Of a DNA stretch of 64,000 bases, positions 59,560 to 64,000 are shown piece after piece (the stretch's first letter is position 1; each line of letters opens with the position of its first letter). Position numbers and translations under genes: made by a program. This DNA comes from Macrostomum lignano (Eukaryota): positions 1 through 64,000 of the forward strand of contig NIVC01003562.1 in assembly GCA_002269645.1 (NCBI GenBank), read 5' to 3'. The notes below the pieces were generated by a model, which was not told the DNA's origin, ran no database searches, and saw only the letters and a program-made list of their open reading frames with translations.

Positions 59560-61595
59560 AAAACTCAAGACATAGGCCCAAGGGACTTCCCGCAGCCCGG
59601 GTCCCGCTATGACCAGCCAGGGTCGCCGATGTCGCTGGTCGAAGGCATCCCGTCGCCGCGAGCCGGCCACGAGGAGGCGTCCGAGCCAGCAGGCCTCTGG
59701 GAAGGCCTGGCGGAAGCGCTGCGTGGCGAGTTACCTCGCGCTCCGCCGCCCACGCCGGAGGAGCCACCGCAACGGGCTGACATCGGCACCCAGACGAGCA
59801 CCCCAGGGCCAGCTCTACCCGCCGACGAGGGACGTGCGGCGCTGCTGACCGCCGCCGCTTGCCTAGCGCGCAACCTCCTGGTCGACGCGGCTCGACACGG
59901 CCACTGGCCCCAGGTGTTCGCTGGTCCGGTATGGAGCAGCCTGCGCTGGACGACGATGGAAGAACGCTCGGCCCTACTCGAAGAGGCCGTTCGTCTGGGC
60001 GGTCCAGACTTGCAGCAACCGAACCGCCCGTTCGCTGTACACCTGGCGGCGACTGAGATCGCCCGGCATCTCGGCGGCAGCGAGGCAGAGCTGCCGGCGG
60101 CCCTGGCCCGGCCGTCGACGCGGTATTTGTGAAACGAGGAAAAGCTGCATTTTAACCATGGTTTATTCAGGTTAAGGTGTTCTCGCCAACCCAAAGCTCA
60201 CTCCCAGTTAGGGATGCAGGTGCCTCCACGCGTGCTTGAGCGCCCTTTTGTAGTGGACTGGTGCCCCACATCAACATTTAGGCGTTTAATAGCGGGCCAA
60301 CGCCCCCGCGGTACGGGCTTCATCTTTTATGGCCTTCGCCCAGCCAGCATTATGCATCCTTCGCCGTCATCCTCTAGCCGCAGCATTTTGCATCGCATTA
60401 ATTTTCATTAAAACTTGCATTTGTTCTCTTTTAAATAAAGCACGCGCCGCTTCACTCCGCCTCTTTATTTGAACGGGGAGAGTGTAGTGAGTCGCTAGTT
60501 TAGTTAGGCGCCGCACTAGTCAGCTGTTGCCCTCGCCCCCGCCCTGGGCTTCTGTCTGCCGCTGGGCAGTTGCCTGTCCCTTCCCGCCTGTCCTCTGGCC
60601 TGTCCTCTGCCCGCTTGCCTGTCTGTCTGTTTGTCCTCGTTTGCCCCCTTTTGCTTCGTTTTCCCTTTTTGCAGTGCCAAGACAGCTTGGTCTGGCCTGC
60701 CTCTGTTTTGTTCTCTGGCATCTCCAAATTTGGAGTGCCATTCTGTTTTCCGGTCCCACGGTCACGAGTGCCTTCACTTGTGGGCCTTTTCCCCTTGTCA
60801 TGTGAGCCAGTCACATGATAAGGCCTTTTTCCTTCTTTAGTCCAAAGTGCAATGATTTCATCATTGTACGCTGGGCTCGTGTTTATGGGGAGATCACGTG
60901 CGCCCGGACCCCCTTGCCTCCTCTGAGGCAGGGCCCGCTTGTTTGTTGCTAAAAATAGCAACAGAGTCACCCATGACTCTCAGCGGGGGTCTTTCGTGCT
61001 ATGGTGCAATCGATTCTCCCTATAAATGCGGCCCCTCTCATGGCTTGGCTCAGACAAGCGTTTCAGCTTTTCCGCGTTTCAGCCTTCCGTTTCTGCGTTT
61101 CCGCGTTTTTCCGTATTCATTTCACCTCTCCGCCGTTTCGATCAGCGCGTGTGCTAAAGTTTAAACTCCAAGACTCCCGACTTTGCGCGTGACTGCCTCT
61201 GATTGTTCCTGCTATCAATTAGCAGGCCAGCTCGGATCGCCCGGAGCTAGCACTTTTGCTCTCACCCCGCACCAGCCCGGCAGGGACTGCTGACAGTGGG
61301 CACCTCTGCGCGAGAACTGCTAAATCTGCACGAAGTGCGAGTCTCTTTCTCTCGTCTTAGTTATTTGCTTCTACGAGCTCAGCACCTCACCGAAGGCTGC
61401 GACTCTACGAAGCTGGTGGCAACATTACCTATGCTACGAGAACTACTTTCTAAGAAACCGCCAACTCGAGGTCACCGACCAGGAGCCAGAAGATCTGCTA
61501 GGACACCTCTAGAAGCTATCGAGGAAATAACAACACTTCATTGGTGGCAGCGCTCCTATAGAAGGCCTCTAGACAACAGGCAAGACACCTATACT
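59560..61595 (+). mobile_element. Probable LTR-retroelement remnant: 3' internal region, PPT, single ~1.06 kb LTR (60483-61540), tRNA-Leu PBS
   Basis: GC-rich island in AT-rich flanks; ggggagag immediately precedes tgtagtg (60483); TATA-like tataaa at 61021; cacttca followed by t-tggtggcagcg (61542-61552). Confidence 0.6.
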
Positions 61596-61865
61596 CCAAT
61601 AATAATATTAATAACAATAATAGTAATAATATTACTAATAATAATAGTAACTAATAATTATTAACATTAATACCACCATTAATATCTAATCTATTTCTTG
61701 CTGTTAAGGATACTGAGTACTCCCTAAGATGAAAAATGAAAAAATGAGATTATACACTTAGTAAATCCTCTTTTGTTATATATTATACAACTATGCTTAG
61801 CCTTAGTTTAGTATATAGAATGACCTATTTAATATATAGGTTAGACACTGATAAAAACAGAAATA

Positions 61866-63475
61866 TGAGGGGTGTTTGGAAAGTAGTGTTACTTTTACTT
61901 GTAGACATTTGATTAGCTGCATTGATATAAATTTGTTATCATTTGAAAATGGCAAGTCTCTTCTTTAAAATGACTTAAACTGTGATTGATTTAGATTTGT
62001 ATTTTAAAAGATATGTGCATTTAAGTAGAGAGAGATCAGTTATAGACTTAAAGAAAATCAAATGAGCTTAATTGTTAAAATTATCATTCTGCTCAATAGC
62101 TATCGATTTTTTTGCATGCATGAGTTGTTTTATAGTCAAATGTGGCACAGTAAAAGCTGATGTCATTCTTTCTGTCTGGCCCAGCACTATTGTGCTACAC
62201 ATATTCACCATTAAATACTATATACTTCTGATAGCATTCGATCAGATTGTCAAACCCAGCCTTCCAGAAGCTGGAGTCCAGCTGGTGCAGCAATGCATTA
62301 GTGGCATCAATGACCTGATGTGTCATAAAAACTTGCCAACGCATTGGCAACTTCATTGGACCGAAGAGATGGAAGTTGGCAATTGCAAGGTTGGGGCTGT
62401 AGGCTGGGTGACTTAGCTGACAAAAGCCCAGCTCTTACACCTTGGTGCAAGTGTGAGCAGCAGCATGCTGATGCACATTGTCCCAAAGGATGAATGGCTT
62501 CTGACGCATGATTTGGTGCTTGGATAGAATGGCAGCATGCATTTGCTTTAGCTGGTTAATCACATAGTTGGCATTGATTGTCTGGCCCTGTGGCGGGTAG
62601 TCAACGAGTAGCACGCCTCGCGCATTGAACCATACTGTGCACATGATGTTCTGGGTCCAGGCCAACTTCATGACCTTTGTGTCTGGGTGCCGTCCCTTTG
62701 GCCCCCACTGCATTGACTACTGCATTGACTGTCAGTGGATTAAACATTGGCAGCGGCATCTTGTCCATTGTTATTACAAGCTCCTAGCTTGAACTTCTCA
62801 TCACCAAGCTCATTCCATACAGCCTAGTTGTCTGCCGAATATCGCACCCGTGCTTTTTGTGTTCTTCTGTCAGCTCTCGTGGCACCTACTTAGTACAAAT
62901 CTTTGACCAGCCGTGGCGTTGGAGAATGCAACTCACAGACGAGTAGTAAATACCACACATTCTCCACTTTACACACATATGCAGATGGGTTTACCTCCAA
63001 ATATTGGAGCACAGCAGCCACATTGTTGTCATCTGTGCTGGAACGTGGATGGCCAGAGCAAGCAGCATCAGCGATGCTTGTTTGACCATCAGCAGCAAGT
63101 TGGTGGTGGGCAAACACTTGTGTGCAACCCATTGCATGATCACCAAAAGCAGTACAAACTTTGTTAAAAGTCTGCATTGGTGTCTTACCCATGTGTTGAC
63201 ATGCCATACAAGCTAATGAAATGATATTGACTTTTTTTCAAACCAAAATCTGAGTGGTTTTTTGGTCAGCTCATTCTCCGAGTGAAATTGTGTGAAATAA
63301 CATAGACCCTCAGGCTTAACTTGGCTCTAATGTAGGCTGTGTTTGTCCTAGTCATGCAAAATTTTAGCCTGGCACTTATAAATAACCAAATAGTTTATGG
63401 ATGAAAGCTCATCCAAATCTGATAAGAATTGTGCTTTAGCGAACACTAGTCTGGAAACTTTTGCAATACCCCTCG
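61866..63475 (-). mobile_element. Degenerate mariner (Tc1/mariner DD34D-type) transposon, transposase pseudogene
   Basis: HTH region AFGDHAMGCTQVF...CSGHP; catalytic NIMCTVWFNARGVLLVDY...GQTINANY...LWDNVHQH; HPAYSPNLAIANFHLFGPMK. Termini ta-tgaggggt / acccctcg-ta with TA flanks; TIR identity is short. Confidence 0.88.
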
Positions 63476-64000
63476 TACTTTGAAATACATCTATAAAATA
63501 AAAAACTCAAAATAAAACTCGGCCTATAATCAAGAATAAAGATTAAAAATTTGTATTAATATTAAATAATAAGAACTAGACTTAGCTATCAGTTGAAAAT
63601 AAAAAAACTTTTCATAGTTGAATTTCTAATTTTCAATATAACTAAAGACAAAACATAGACCATAGCATAGGTAGCTATAGGTCAAAAAGGCAATTGATTA
63701 AAATGGCAATTTAGTCAAAATGGTGATAGTCAAAAGAGCAACAAACTAACAATCACAATATATTTATTAGAATTACAAGTTTGCTAGCAAATTAAAATAT
63801 ATATGTTAAACCTAGACCTAGACTTATGAGTAAATTCATTATTTTTTTTAAATATACAAGTAGGCCTAGGCCCTAGCAATAAAGAATATTTGAATTTTGA
63901 TTCTTAACTGAATATTGTTGAAAAGCTTTATAAATATCAATAGAGCTAAAAGAAAAGCAGAATATAACAAAAGATAAACATTGAATCTTTGTTTTATATC

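Overview
Animal genomic DNA with GT-AG introns; no prokaryotic features. The density of 20-45 bp minisatellites and the gene style suggest a free-living flatworm such as Macrostomum (inference, unverified). Four genes could be spliced by hand into uninterrupted frames: a 3-exon Frizzled (minus, 659 aa), a coiled-coil gene (plus, 5' end uncertain), peroxisomal 2,4-dienoyl-CoA reductase DECR2 (plus, 263 aa) and an 18-exon RNase Z/ELAC2 (minus, 883 aa over 23 kb). A C1q-domain gene is also present but has frame problems. The rest is about 25 minisatellite or microsatellite arrays, many filling introns, plus mobile DNA: two LINE remnants, three tRNA-derived SINE copies, two hAT-type MITEs, a foldback MITE, a CpG-decayed mariner, a young gag-protease-only Ty3/Gypsy element with identical LTRs, a PPT-LTR-PBS junction, and a 2.8 kb near-palindromic TTAA-targeting element. 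Most long ORFs in the supplied track are repeat artefacts. I cannot demonstrate a new biological system from sequence alone. The best leads are the palindromic element in ELAC2 intron 10, the doubly deleted but in-frame LTR element, intron-filling minisatellites with shared core motifs (one family carried by a MITE), and a long Ala-rich insertion in Frizzled extracellular loop 3.
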